63,795 nt of DNA, filler included, from Octopus bimaculoides (GCF_001194135.2; 6 parts of 5 records of this genome joined end to end with filler, not necessarily neighbours in it); one strand, 5' to 3'; shown: positions 49,483-63,795, counted from the whole stretch's first letter. The notes: generated from the sequence alone by a model not told the origin. Program-made: numbers and translations.

Positions 49483-50388
49483 GGATAGAGAGAGAGAAAG
49501 AGAAAATGAGAGAAGAATGAAAATATAAAATGTAATACAAAGATACATAGAATTTTCAGACAGAACACAGAATATGGAAAATAGTAAGAGAGCTTGAAAC
49601 TATACAAAAAGAACAAAACAATTAAATAGCTGAACCGAAACATAAGATCGATGAAAAGATTTTTTTTTTTCAAAGGCTTGAAATGAACAAAGAAAATGTC
49701 AATTTGAGAGGAAGTTTAATGTAAGAAGCAAGTCAATAAAAGGCAGTAGAGCTGCACGGAATTCAGGAAATTTTGGAGAAATGCTACGCCGGAAATGTCA
49801 GGCTATAGATGCAAAGCATGTATAATGGTTAATGCATAATAACTCAATGGCATTTTAGACTAATTCTATCCCTTTTGTCATAATCTTTTACCTTTCAACA
49901 ACGATTTTCGCTATTTCGGTTTCTGCAATTTTTTCACTTACTTGATTAAGAACAAAAGAATGAATCAATAGCAAAAGATGAGGAACGGAAGTAAAAGAAC
50001 ATATAACGAAAGAAAGAGAAATGAATAAAGAAATATATCCTATGATTATTTATCTGAAGCGAGAAGTCGTACTAAGACAGTTTACCAGCTTGAAATATTC
50101 GAACTTACAAAACCTGAGAAGCTTTGTTCAGTATTAGTAGATTGTGTGAAGTGCCAACTCCTACTTATACAGTCACAAAAAAATAAAAATAAATAAATAT
50201 TAGATGCCCCCTGTTTGTGACCTGCATGCTTAATTGATTGACGGTGTGTTCACTCTTCCGTTTCAGAAAACATTGAAGCAAACAAGTTCAAGTCTTTTAT
50301 CGATTAATTCTTTTTCTTCTTCTGTATCTTAGGAAACGGTCCCTTTGACTGTTTCCAGGATTTTCGAGTTTGATAGGAGGAGGAGGAG

Positions 50389-50448
<60 letters not shown>

Positions 50449-51655
50449 NNNNNNNNNNNNNNNNNNNNNNNNNNNNNNNNNNNNNNNNNNNNNNNNNNNN
50501 NNNNNNNNNNNNNNNNNNNNNNNNNNNNNNNNNNNNNNNNNNNNNNNNNNNNNNNNNNNNNNNNNNNNNNNNNNNNNNNNNNNNNNNNNNNNNNNNNNNN
50601 NNNNNNNNNNNNNNNNNNNNNNNNNNNNNNNNNNNNNNNNNNNNNNNNNNNNNNNNNNNNNNNNNNNNNNNNNNNNNNNNNNNNNNNNNNNNNNNNNNNN
50701 NNNNNNNNNNNNNNNNNNNNNNNNNNNNNNNNNNNNNNNNNNNNNNNNNNNNNNNNNNNNNNNNNNNNNNNNNNNNNNNNNNNNNNNNNNNNNNNNNNNN
50801 NNNNNNNNNNNNNNNNNNNNNNNNNNNNNNNNNNNNNNNNNNNNNNNNNNNNNNNNNNNNNNNNNNNNNNNNNNNNNNNNNNNNNAAAACTTCGAATGAC
50901 CCGTCCTTCTTTTCTTTGTATCGTCTATCAGGATGATTTGGTGTCCCTTTCTTGTATCACCTAACTATCTGGATGCTTTGCGTTCTTGTCCCATTTTGTA
51001 TTATATATATATATATATATATGCAATGTGTGTTTATGCATTTGTGTGTCTGTGTTTGTGTTTGTCACCCTGCCATCGCCTGACAACCAAAGCTGATGTG
51101 TTTTTGTCCCCGTAACTTAGCGGTTCGGCAAAAGAACCCGATATAATACGTACTAGGTTTACGAAGAATAAGTACTTGAAGGCGGTGCTCCAGTATGGCC
51201 ACAGTCAAATGGCTGAAACAAATAAAAGAATAAAATGTAAAATACATTAATGCAAAGCAACGAAACCTTATCTGCAAATGAAGTTATTTTCAAATGAATT
51301 TTTTTTCTCTGCCCTAAACTTTAGGAATTACAAAGAAATACAACATAATCGCGAAACCTAAGAAAATATAGAAAATACGAAATTACAATGCAAATGGGTC
51401 TCAGCTATTTTTCAAATGGGTTTTGTATACCTCATAACTTTAGAATCTACAAGATATGAACTAAAAAAAAAAAAATAAACGAAAAGCAAAATCATAAACA
51501 ATAACAAAATCATCATCATCATCATCATCATCAACAACAACAACGATAACAACAACAAATTCGTCTCCGTACAGTTTGATGTTACCAAAGTAACATCAGG
51601 TAGTTCACAATTTGCGAAGTACGAAATATCATAGTTAAGAAGATATTGTAAAAAA

Positions 51656-52600
<945 letters not shown>

Positions 52601-52945
52601 GTAAAAGAAAACAAAAGACCTAGAACAAAATAACAGAGAATCTTAAGGACGAACCATCCCGTGAACTAAAATTCTTTTATTGTGGCATTTTCTTGTTCTC
52701 GAATGACTTGGTAGATTTCCTTGTATCTTTCAAGAATGGAACGAGAAATGTTAAGTTGAATTCCTCTTATACTGAATAACAATAACGCAGAGTTTCTTTT
52801 TCTTTTTTTTTAATTATTTTTCTAGAAATAGTTTACTTTATACATGAATGTACTCAGTTTACGGAAGAACAAATCAGGATAGTGCAGAATAAAGGTTGCA
52901 CACCAAATGTGAAGAAATTATACTCATGGTCAAAACACACACACA

Positions 52946-53023
<78 letters not shown>

Positions 53024-55063
53024 GCATGTGTCTGTGTGTCTGTGTGTGTGTGTCTGTGTATGCATTAACGAACGACAGTGTGTATACGTAAATGTATAGG
53101 GTTTTGCATATTCTTTACAACGATATTAATATTTTGACCGCATGTAAAACATTTTTATTTTATCTGAATTAATATGTACGAACGAATTATTCTATTACAA
53201 GAAGTCTCAATATATATATATATATATATATANNNNNNNNNNNNNNNNNNNNNNNNNNNNNNNNNNNNNNNNNNNNNNNNNNNNNNNNNNNNNNNNNNNN
53301 NNNNNNNNNNNNNNNNNNNNNNNNNNNNNNNNNNNNNNNNNNNNNNNNNNNNNNNNNNNNNNNNNNNNNNNNNNNNNNNNNNNNNNNNNNNNNNNNNNNN
53401 NNNNNNNNNNNNNNNNNNNNNNNNNNNNNNNNNNNNNNNNNNNNNNNNNNNNNNNNNNNNNNNNNNNNNNNNNNNNNNNNNNNNNNNNNNNNNNNNNNNN
53501 NNNNNNNNNNNNNNNNNNNNNNNNNNNNNNNNNNNNNNNNNNNNNNNNNNNNNNNNNNNNNNNNNNNNNNNNNNNNNNNNNNNNNNNNNNNNNNNNNNNN
53601 NNNNNNNNNNNNNNNNNNNNNNNNNNNNNNNNNNNNNNNNNNNNNNNNNNNNNNNNNNNNNNNNNNNNNNNNNNNNNNNNNNNNNNNNNNNNNNNNNNNN
53701 NNNNNNNNNNNNNNNNNNNNNNNNNNNNNNNNNNNNNNNNNNNNNNNNNNNNNNNNNNNNNNNNNNNNNNNNNNNNNNNNNNNNNNNNNNNNNNNNNNNN
53801 NNNNNNNNNNNNNNNNNNNNNNNNNNNNNNNNNNNNNNNNNNNNNNNNNNNNNNNNNNNNNNNNNNNNNNNNNNNNNNNNNNNNNNNNNNNNTATATATA
53901 TATATATATATATATGTATACCATTACATATATATATATATGTATGCAATATATACTATTTACGTACATATGTACATCAATATATACGCACACATGTGTA
54001 TGTGTGTGTGTGTGTGTTTGCGCATGTGTATGTACATATGCTTGTATGTCTTTGTATAGGGATGAATATTAAATGAATAATATCCACAGTTTTTATCGAT
54101 CAATGAAGTATTTTTGCTATTGAACTGAATATTACAAGAATAGATGATATTATTCCAGTTGCTATTTCGCTTCTAACAAATAGCTAAAAACGCTGCCCAG
54201 TCATGGAAATAATTCTTCTGCATCTAATACTTACAGACAAAAGTTTCGTTATCATGACCCTATGATATTGGCCTGCATCCTGAGGCATGATCGAGTAGTT
54301 TCGTAAAAATCTTTCCTATAAAGTTTATGAGACACAATTTCTCCCATTGCAGAATTTTAATAAAAGAACCCTACAGTTTCAATATATTTATTATCTATAT
54401 ACTGTATTTCAGAGCATGTCCTGCTGCTTCTGCTTACATTACTGTATACATTCTGTAGAGATTCAGGCCATTGTTGTAATGTAAGACATTTCTTACTTTG
54501 ATACATTTGATGTGAGGTTTCAAATGAAGAAGAAATATAGACGTGATTGTATAACGATAATACACCTTTGTTGAAATTATTAAGATTTAACTGAAACACG
54601 GAAATTATCAACAGAACCAAATAATAGCTTCAAATGTTGACACAAAACCACAAATAATTTTAGAAAGGGTGTTAAGTCAAATACATCGATTCCAGTATTC
54701 AACAGGTACATGTTTCATTGGCTCGAAAAGGTGAAGTCGGTCTTAGTGGGTAAGAGTCTTCTACTATAGCCTCGGGCCGACCAAATCATTGTGAGTGGAT
54801 TTGATAGACGGAAACTGAAAGAAGCTCGTCGTATGACGAAGGGGTATACGCTTTATGCTGCATGTCACGTTTCTCTGTTATTTTCGTTGTTCGAAAATAG
54901 TTCATTTTCTATGTTTTTGTTTTTATGTTTTCGTTTCTCATTGTGTTTAACGTTTTTTTGATGTCCTGTACTCATATATGCATGTGCATATACATATAGA
55001 TGTAGGTATGTACATATATGTATGGATATATGCATATATTTATATATCATTTATATTATTGTA

Positions 55064-55096
<33 letters not shown>

Positions 55097-55132
55097 ATAC
55101 ACACACATATATATACATATATATAAATATAG

Positions 55133-55330
55133 TGTGAGAATTTACAAAAACAAAAACAAAAGACGAAGACGGGTGTGTAAACAACAAACAGATGTGTTAG
55201 TTTAACGCTCGAGAAGTGAGACAGTCTTTTACGTTTCGAGCCTACGCTCTTCGACAGAAAGGAACACAGAAATAAACAGGGAGAGAAAACAGAAAAGGTT
55301 TAGTAGCTAGCGATCTAGCGTGGTGAATGC
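55133..55330. mobile_element. Interspersed repeat family E with a hammerhead-like motif on the minus strand (other copies ~16020-16260, 38110-38228, 58636-58822)
   Basis: gagaatttacaaaaac...gtcttttacgtttcgagcctacgctcttcgacagaaagg, shared across four copies. Confidence 0.75.
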
Positions 55331-55928
55331 GGAATAGAGGGGTCACACAGGAGACCTAGGAAGAAGGGGAGATAATAAAGTAGTGGTGATCCCAAAACGA
55401 AGGTGCGCGTGCGTGTGTATGTGAGAGCGTGTATGTGCGTGTGGAAGGGGGCTGCTGACCTTGACGTGTGCGTGTGTGTATGTGTAGGTGTGTGTGGATG
55501 ATGGTGTAGGTGCTGGGAAGTAGTCAGTGCTAGTGTGTGCGGGGTGGTATGATGTGGTGTAGTATGGTAGTTTGTAGTGTGGTGGTGCGGTGGTGTGTGG
55601 TGTGGTGATGTTGGGGGTATATATATATATCGTTTGTATAAAACAAATCCGAAAGAAGAACCACACGCTAAGATGTAAAGTGGTATATATTAAAAACGAG
55701 GAAGTCTGGTTTATGGCATTACCTTAGGTTTCCCGTACAAAAAGGGTTTAACTTTATGGCTTATCTTCAGATCCAAGTGTTCAGCAGGTACTAGTTTTAT
55801 TGACTCGAAAAAGAATGAAATATAAAGTCGACCTTAGTGGATTTTGGCCTCAAAACATGAAGCTGGAAAAAATGCTATTCAACATTTTATCCGGCTGCTT
55901 TCAGAAAACTAACTAATAAACGATTACA

Positions 55929-56238
55929 TTATAAGAACGCAGAATTCCTCAGCTGAAAGCATTTCACGCTCAAAGTTGCTTTTAGTACTTCAGATATAAT
56001 ACGAGCCTCTCTGTTTAATCGTAAAAATAGAGGTACAGTCGTTTGTAATATTGGAGTAGCTCTGTGAAAAAATATTAATAGCGATTTAGCGACATCCATT
56101 ATGAGATTTGGTAAAGCTGATGATCTTGCGACAGACTGGGCAAATGGCACAGACATATTAGCGTTGAGTGTGAACCCGTCTATTTTCACATCTTTTACAT
56201 TGTAGTAATCGAAAGGAATCCGGAAATAGAAAAAGATG
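55929..56238 (-). CDS. Candidate terminal coding exon of an unidentified gene (102 aa)
   Basis: Non-repetitive open frame after the acceptor ctcctccttcag; IFFYFRIPFDYYNVKDVKIDGFTLNANMSVPFAQ...FQLRNSAFL*. No family recognised. Confidence 0.3.
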
Positions 56239-56384
56239 CTGAAGGAGGAGAATTGAAACGAAGTACTTATGATACGGAACTGAAAAAGAAAAATTATATA
56301 TGCTATAGATCCGAAAGAATAAACGATCAGCTGTTCGAACAGGTTGTTCATGATGAATACGTCACATTGATATAATCATCATCG

Positions 56385-56630
56385 TCATCACGTAATCGCT
56401 GTGATGACATAATCACAACGTAAACGTAACCGATATGGCGACGCAGTCTCGATGATGACGTAATCGCCACGCTGACGTATTCACCACACTGGTGAAATCG
56501 TAGAGATGATACAATGGGAATAATGACGCAACGGCCATGATGACGTAATCGCTACGATGACGTAAACAGTTTAGCAACGGAATCGCAATGGTGACGCAAT
56601 CACCATGGTGATGTATGATGACGTAATCAT
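56385..56630. promoter_or_regulatory. Cluster of ~9 TGACG(T/C)AA(T) motifs (bZIP CRE/ATF-like), CpG-rich
   Basis: gatgacgtaatc three times, plus gatgacgtaaac, aatgacgcaa, gtgacgcaatc, ctgacgtatt, gatgacataatc and catcacgtaatc, within 250 bp. Function is inferred only. Confidence 0.35.
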
Positions 56631-57159
56631 CGCTACCATTCCAACCAGAACGGTAAACTGCGCGAGTTTTCAAATCTCTATTTTATGAAGATAGATTTAT
56701 CATTCTATCCGATTTATTTCTACGTGTTTAGTTGAAATGAAATGATAATGATTTCTCATGCTGCCATATGGCCATAATGTTGAAAAAGGTGTAACACAGT
56801 ATCGATTGGATCGATACTGAAATGTTACTGGCATTGATTTTATCGACACCAAGGGAGATGAAAGACCCCCTCCCCCCCCACTCTCTCTCTCTCTGCCTCT
56901 CACACACACAAACACGCATATATATATATATGTATACAAACACACATATATATATAGATAGATGTCACACACACTCGTATATATGTATGTGTGTGTTTGT
57001 GTGTGTGTGTATGTGTGTGTATGTGTGTGTGTGTGTGTGTGTGTGCGTGTGTGTGTGATATTTACATATTTATTTCTGTATCTGTTTCCTGCCTGTCTCC
57101 CTGTATCTCACTATTAAAGTGTAGTGTACATGTATCTGTATATATGCACATGTATATGC

Positions 57160-57203
<44 letters not shown>

Positions 57204-57370
57204 CGAGTTTGTTTACAAATTTATAAATGTATATATATATGTGTGTGTGTATATATACGTGAGTTTGTGGATATGTATAAATATGCGCATATATATGTGT
57301 GTTTATGTATATGCATTCATTTATAGGCATATATAAGTATGAATATATTTAAACACATGCATATACATGT

Positions 57371-57425
<55 letters not shown>

Positions 57426-58534
57426 NNNNNNNNNNNNNNNNNNNNNNNNNNNNNNNNNNNNNNNNNNNNTTAATTAATTAANNNNNNNNNNNNNNNNNNN
57501 NNNNNNNNNNNNNNNNNNNNNNNNNCTGCAGCCACATGCAGTGAAAGGTGAGCGTAAACAATTCCTTTGTGGGCTTTTGTAGGAGACAACCCACGCCTTC
57601 AGGTGTAGGTTGTTTTAGCTTATCATTATTACCTTCTATTTTTACTAACATCCTGTCCTTTGAGTGTTTTCATGTTCCAGCCTTATTGTTTTTCTTTAGT
57701 GTTGCACATTCACACCGCCTGCAAAAATGTCGCATCATAAATGTATTACTTTTACCTATTAGATCTTCGTTTGATATTATAAAGAACGGGATTTTATCGT
57801 TCTTAATCATCATCATCATCATCATCATCATCACTGATGTTCTACAGAAGGGTGTCGTTGCTGTACTGAAGCAGGTGCCCTTCCACATTTTGCTTTTCCT
57901 TTTTGGTCTTTTTTCTCTCTCTTTTTCTCCTGTAAGTTTTCTCCTGGCAATTTAGCGTCTACCTTCAACTTGTTTCAGTCATTAGACGGCAGCCAGGGCA
58001 CCACATTGAAGAATTCAAATCGCACAAATCACCCCTAGTACTTAATATTGTTTATATAAGACTGGTACTTAATCTATTGGTGTCCTTTTTACCGAACCTC
58101 TAAGTTACAAGATCGTAGAGACAGTAAAACTGGTTATCAAACGATGGTGGGACGCAAAGGAAGATACAAAAGTCCCTCCCCATATATATATACATATATA
58201 TACATACACACACACAAAAAAAAAAATTGGGGGGTTTAGTTCACAAGAGATCTAAACGATTAGGTACGCTACATAAGTGCTGTAAAGGATTACTAGGGCT
58301 CCTAGGTTATAGCCAGGACGGTAGTTATGGAGTCATTGCATACACACACACATACACATATATACACAGTAGAAAAAGAAATAGAAAGTCCTTAACAGTA
58401 TTATATATTTGCAAAAATGAATACAAATGGCATTTTTGATAATTCTCCCACTTTAATAATTAGATGTTTATACCTAATACCGTATTAAAGTGGAAGATTT
58501 ATCAGAAATGCCGTTTCTATTCATTTCTTTTAAA

Positions 58535-58611
<77 letters not shown>

Positions 58612-59523
58612 TGTATGTATGTATGTATGTATATATAGGGAGAATTCACAAAAAAAAAACAACAGACGAAGACAGGTGGTGTAGAAAACAAACAGATGTT
58701 TTCTACAGGAATTTTAAAAGTCTTTAACGTTTCGAGCCTACGCTCTTCTACAAAAAGAAACACAGAAAGAAACAAGGAGAGAAAAAAATGTGTGTAGTGG
58801 TTAGCGACCTATCATGGCGAATATGTATGTGTATATATGTATATACACAATTTGATTCTTCCAGAGCATTCCACGACTCTGCATAGCTACTTTACTTTGA
58901 ACTGATTAGGTTTACCTTGAGGTGCCATATTATTTCAATTCTGCATCCATTTGCTTCCCATCCATATAAAAGTTTTGGTGCCATTTCATCTGGTCAGCTT
59001 CAAGCGTCGAGAAGAAGATTATCACCTCCACCATTTTTGGAGTTTCGACCAGTACCACTTACAACGCCTGCAGTTCTTGTCGCCAGGTTTTGCTACTCTC
59101 TCTTCCTCCACCTTCATAGTCTCCTAAGGACGACAGATCTCAGTTTTACTGTAGCTTCCAGAAGCGAAACAAATGGATTTTTTTCTGCTACACCAATTTG
59201 AAGAACTATGCTCCTGTATCTCAATGGGGAACAGACTGGAAATTGATCTGTGGTCTTCGGGGAAAAAAAGATAATTAAGTCTTAGATATCTATAGGGACT
59301 TTACTGGACCACTTTGTGTTTTTGCTCACTTTGACGCTCCTTACTTGCCCCTATTGCCTCCATTCAAGTAACGACTAGCCAGAGGTCAGCATCGTTTTAT
59401 CGATATGTTTTGGTGTAATCCTTACGTTTTGCTACCCCTAGTAGTACGAACTGCTGTGATGATGTGTATCGTACCAGCTTCTTGCCTTAATATGTTAATA
59501 CTAACGTAAGTAATTCTTTCAAA

Positions 59524-59745
59524 TTATAGCACAAGGTCAGCAATTTTAAGGAGAGGGGAATTGAATTACATTGGCCAAAATGCTCAGTTGCTACATGCTT
59601 TATCGATCCTAAAAGGATGAAAGGTGAAGTTGACCTCTGCGATATTTGAACTCAGAACGTAGTGACGGGCGAAATACTACTAAGCATTTCGTCCAGCATG
59701 CTAACGATTCTACCAGCTCACCGCCTTAATAATAATAATAATAAT

Positions 59746-59795
<50 letters not shown>

Positions 59796-60035
59796 CGCAA
59801 AAATAGAGTGACGAGCTGGCAGAATCGTTAGCACGCCGGGCGAAATGCTTAGTGATATTTCATTTGTCTTTACATTCTGAGTTCAAATTCCACCGAGGTC
59901 GACTTTGCCTTTCATCCTTTCGGGGTCGATTAAATAAGTACCAGTTACGCACCGGGGTCGATGTAATCGACTTAAACCCTTTGTCTGTTCCTGTTTGTCC
60001 CCTCTATGTTTCGTCCCCTGTGGGCAATAATGAAA
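59524..60035. mobile_element. Head-to-head pair of SINE family D (59524-59727 minus; 59809-60035 plus) separated by (AAT)n(AAC)n
   Basis: Both carry gagctggcagaatcgttagca...gagttcaaat in opposite orientations. Confidence 0.85.
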
Positions 60036-60137
60036 TAAATAATAACGCAAAAAGGGACTACACAATCGATTTCGTACAGCCACAACAGAAGTTGCTTCCT
60101 TGGCATGGCCAGAGTAATTAGGAAAACAAAAGACGCG

Positions 60138-60470
60138 ATTACAAAAGACGACATGACAATGTGACAAGAATGATCCACTGAGAGTTCTTTGAAAATCAGG
60201 ACCACAAAGAGCAAAGACGTGGTATAAACAAACCCCAGGAGGAGTCACCGTGAATGAAGATTGCAAAATCTTGTGGAATGCAATAATCCAGTGTGATCAC
60301 CTGACCAGACATCGGAAACCGAACATTGTTGTGGTGAATGAAAAAGGAAGAACTTGCAGGATAACCGACATAGCATGTCACCGGTGACAACAAGATCAAA
60401 GAGAAAGAAGAAAAACTGAACGACTATGATTATTTGAAGTGGAAAATACGAAGGTTGTTGTCACTGAGGA
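60138..60470 (+). mobile_element. Degenerate restriction-like endonuclease (RLE) domain of an R4/Dong-type non-LTR element
   Basis: Frameshifted RDYKRRHDNVTRMIH*.../TWYKQTPGGVTVNEDCKILWNAIIQCDHLTRHRKPNIVVVNEKGRTCRITDIAC/GDNKIKEKEEKLNDY. Confidence 0.8.
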
Positions 60471-60504
60471 GCCCTGCGTGCTAACGATTCTGCCAGTACG
60501 CTGC

Positions 60505-60538
<34 letters not shown>

Positions 60539-60539
60539 G

Positions 60540-61392
60540 TTAATGATTAATGGCCTCTGGCTTGAAATCAGAAACAGAGGGGTTTATCATAGCAGCCCAA
60601 GATCAATGCCTACCTACAAAGAACTACCAGGCCAACATATTAAAGAACGGCAGCTCCCCATTATGTCGTATATGCCAACAACAAAATGAGACCATCGATC
60701 ATGTTGTCTCCATGTGCAGTCTGCTTGCGCCTACAGAGTATCTCAACAGGCATGATAGAGCTGCACAATATATTCACTGGGTAATATGCAAAAACCTGGA
60801 CTTGCCCCATGATAAAAACTGGTGGGAACACAAACCACCCCCAGTACTTGAAAATGATCACATTGCACTCCTCTGGAACTTCACCATTCAAACTGACAGA
60901 AAGATAGACGCAAATAGGCCAGNNNNNNNNNNNNNNNNNNNNNNNNNNNNNNNNNNNNNNNNNNNNNNNNNNNNNNNNNNNNNNNNNNNNNNNNNNNNNN
61001 NNNNNAGCAAAATGTGGAATCTGAAGACGAAAACAATACCTATTGTCATAGGTGCCCTGGGAATGACAGCGAAACGGGCTGATTACTACCTAGCTCAGAT
61101 ACCAGGAAACCCCAAAATGGCTGAAGTTCAAAAGATAGTGCTCATGGGAACTGCCCATATCCTACGTAAAATATTGTCTATGTGATCTCAAATTTTAAAG
61201 CAAACACATAATTTTCTTATGGTTTCTTAAACATTCACTTGAACAAAACTGTACAAATCCAAATATATGGTACCCTAGGCATAACACGTACATGAACTTC
61301 TAACTTGTTGTCTCTTGAGGTCTCTGGGTGAGACTTGGATCCAACTTGTACAAATGCAAAACAAAAGTCAAACATAAAATAATAATAATAAT
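60540..61392 (+). mobile_element. 5'-truncated R4/Dong-type non-LTR retrotransposon (CCHC knuckle + RLE + 3' UTR) flanked by (TAA)n
   Basis: ORF 60550-61185: CRICQQQNETIDHVVSMC, YLNRHD, LLWNFTIQTDRKIDANRP, PIVIGALG, QKIVLMGTAHILR. (AAT)n at 60508-60536 and 61378-61392. Confidence 0.92.
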
Positions 61393-61540
61393 CTTTATCT
61401 TTTAGGGACAAGATTATCAGAAGAATTTTCGACACTTGAAAGATTATTCAAAGTGTGTGGATATCTAAGGTTACAAATAGTAACCTGCTACCCACAAAAA
61501 TTATTAAGGGAATAAGAACACACTTGAGTCAAATGGAATA

Positions 61541-61591
<51 letters not shown>

Positions 61592-62782
61592 TTCGTTGTT
61601 ATTGAAAAATGTAATGATTTCAAACATCGACAAGAACTGACATATTTTTGTCTGGGGTGGGCAGGGATGTAAGCAGAGTCAACCAAATCTAACCCAGTAC
61701 TTAACTGGTTGTTTTACTACATCAACCCCGGAAAATGTAACGGGCGAAATCAAATTCACGTACACACGCAGAACATCCCACCAACACAAAACACACAAAC
61801 AGACACACGCACACATACAAATACACACACGTGCACACACACAACACCCTGACAAATATCGCACACATACACACACACACCACTAGGACAATTATAACGA
61901 CACAAACATACTCAGACAGAGACACGCACACTCTCTCGTACACACACACTCACGTACACACACATAACATCCCCACCAACACAAAACACAAACAGACACA
62001 CGCACGCATACAGACGCACACATACACACACGCGAACAAACACATACACACACATGCGCACATACAACACCCTAATAAATATTAATCACACTCATACACA
62101 CACACACACACAAACGTGCATATATATACACACCATCCTACCAAATATAAAACACACACAGACCCATATACACACACCACAATAAACTCTGAGCCCAATC
62201 AAAAACGGCCCCCACACACAAACACAAGCACATGCATATACACACACACATAGAGACATGCACAGAGACACACATTCTCACACCATTCTGACCTCTAAGA
62301 CCAGTCCCCAAAACCACTGAACCATGACAGACTAGCCCAGAAACAAAAAAATCCTTTCAATTCTACATTGCTCTTCCTTTCCCCCACCCCAACCAGCCTC
62401 CCACACTGTCCCTTAAAATAACAAATATTCCCTAGCTATACACAAGAGAGAAAACATGTTAAAAATTTTTTGTAAATTCTTAAATATATCTCTTTCTGTG
62501 TATATATATACTACCAAGCAAACATGATTTTTATTGAATATATATATACTACCAAACATGATTTTTATTGACCTCCTAATACTTTTTGTTGAATACTCTC
62601 TTGTAAACTGTTTTTAACATTTNNNNNNNNNNNNNNNNNNNNNNNNNNNNNNNNNNNNNNNNNNNNTTAATTAATTAANNNNNNNNNNNNNNNNNNNNNN
62701 NNNNNNNNNNNNNNNNNNNNNNAATATCGAGGTCTCTTTCTTTCTTTTGTTGTCCTTTCTATCAATATGTATGTATATATAT

Positions 62783-63139
62783 ATTTACCAGTGTAAAATT
62801 ACTTCCGCTACTGATGTCTTTTTTTATATAGGTAATTCTTCTCAGTTATCTAAAAGAATTTCTAATCATTACTCTACATTTGGGGATCCTAATAAATGCA
62901 ACAGCACAGGGCTTAGTCAATTAATGTGGTATCTAAAAGACCATAATAAACAATTTAATTTAGATTGGTTGATTCTCTCAATTTCATTCCCATATGATGA
63001 AGGAAAAGAATTCTGCCAACTCTGTAATAGTGAACTATTTTCTATTCTTTTTTCTAAGAATCCTCTTGGAAACACATTTATAGAGCATGCTTATCAATGT
63101 AAACATTGTCAGAAACATACCTTTAGTTCATATAAGTGA
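62783..63139 (+). mobile_element. Complete Penelope-like GIY-YIG endonuclease domain (copy 4), 5'-bounded by (TA)n
   Basis: IYQCKITSATDVFFYIGNSSQLSKRISNHYSTF..NSTGLSQLMWYLKDHNKQFNLDW..SFPYDEGKEFCQLCNSE..CKHCQKHTFSSYK*. Confidence 0.92.
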
Positions 63140-63438
63140 TATCTACCATTCTATATAATTTGAACATTGATTTTCTTCTAACATTTACTTCCACTAGATA
63201 TATCTATTTCCAGCCTTTAAGCTTTTATTTTAATTCACATATCGCTCTATATTTCTCCTTTATTGGTTTTCTGCTTATTTCTTTCCTTTACCCTTTCTCT
63301 TTCTATAGGCTACCTTTGACGTTATATCTTCTAACGTTTTTTTTAAAAAACTTAATAGAGTTCTGTTCATCATTATACACACCCATCACATTCTGTGAAA
63401 ATGTCTTATTGATGAGTTTCGTTTCTTTCTTTCTTTCT

Positions 63439-63521
63439 TTCCCTGATGAGAAGATTACATTGTTTTACACCATTTTATTCCTTTGGAATAATATCAATGT
63501 TGCCTTCAAAACATGTCGGAA
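63439..63521 (+). ncRNA. Hammerhead of PLE copy 4 with GAAA changed to AAAA (probably inactive)
   Basis: TTCC-CTGATGA-G...C-AAAA-CATGT-C-GGAA; homologous to 28558-28644. Confidence 0.75.
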
Positions 63522-63554
63522 GTAAAAGAATTTGAATAACACCTGCGTTTAACT

Positions 63555-63795
63555 CCATCATTGTCGTTGTTTAACGTCTGCTTTCCATGCTAGCATGGGT
63601 TGGACGATTTGACTGAGGACTTGCAAACCAGATGGCTGCACCAGGCTCCAATCTGATCTGGCAGAGTTTCTACAGCAGGATGCCCTTCCTAATGCCAACC
63701 ACTCTGAGAGTGTAGTGGGTGCTTTCACGTGCCACTGGCATAAGAGCCAGTCAGGTGGTACTGGCAACGGCCACGCTCAAAATGATGTATTTTAC
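63555..63795 (-). mobile_element. SINE family C (runs off the window end)
   Basis: Identity to other copies. Confidence 0.85.

Noticed and set aside
58916-59270. Minus-strand donor (ctcaag|gtaaac) as upstream partner of the 55929-56238 exon
   Set aside because: The required phase-2 frame has a stop immediately before the donor, and a synthetic linker separates the two segments.

Overview
AT-rich, gap-ridden, repeat-dominated animal genomic DNA. The SINE, RTE and microsatellite landscape suggests a coleoid cephalopod, probably Octopus (inference). There is one recognisable host gene: five + strand exons (27140-41018) of the axonemal outer-dynein-arm docking gene ODAD2/ARMC4; its other exons were not found. 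The rest is transposon-derived: a near full-length dead RTE LINE, RTE fragments, mariner and DD37D/maT fragments, two R4/Dong-type restriction-like-endonuclease LINE 3' ends, a Helitron-like remnant, MITEs/foldbacks and at least five SINE families. The most striking signal is missed or unexplained by the ORF track. Four Penelope-type GIY-YIG endonuclease modules occur with no adjacent reverse transcriptase, each followed by a minimal type-I hammerhead ribozyme. About ten more hammerhead or hammerhead-like motifs are present, several with recurring non-canonical cores. One inverted hammerhead pair lies about 70 nt upstream of an ODAD2 splice acceptor. Five N44-TTAATTAATTAA-N44 spacers look like synthetic scaffolding linkers, so distances across them are unreliable. 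All protein comparisons are from memory and need database confirmation.
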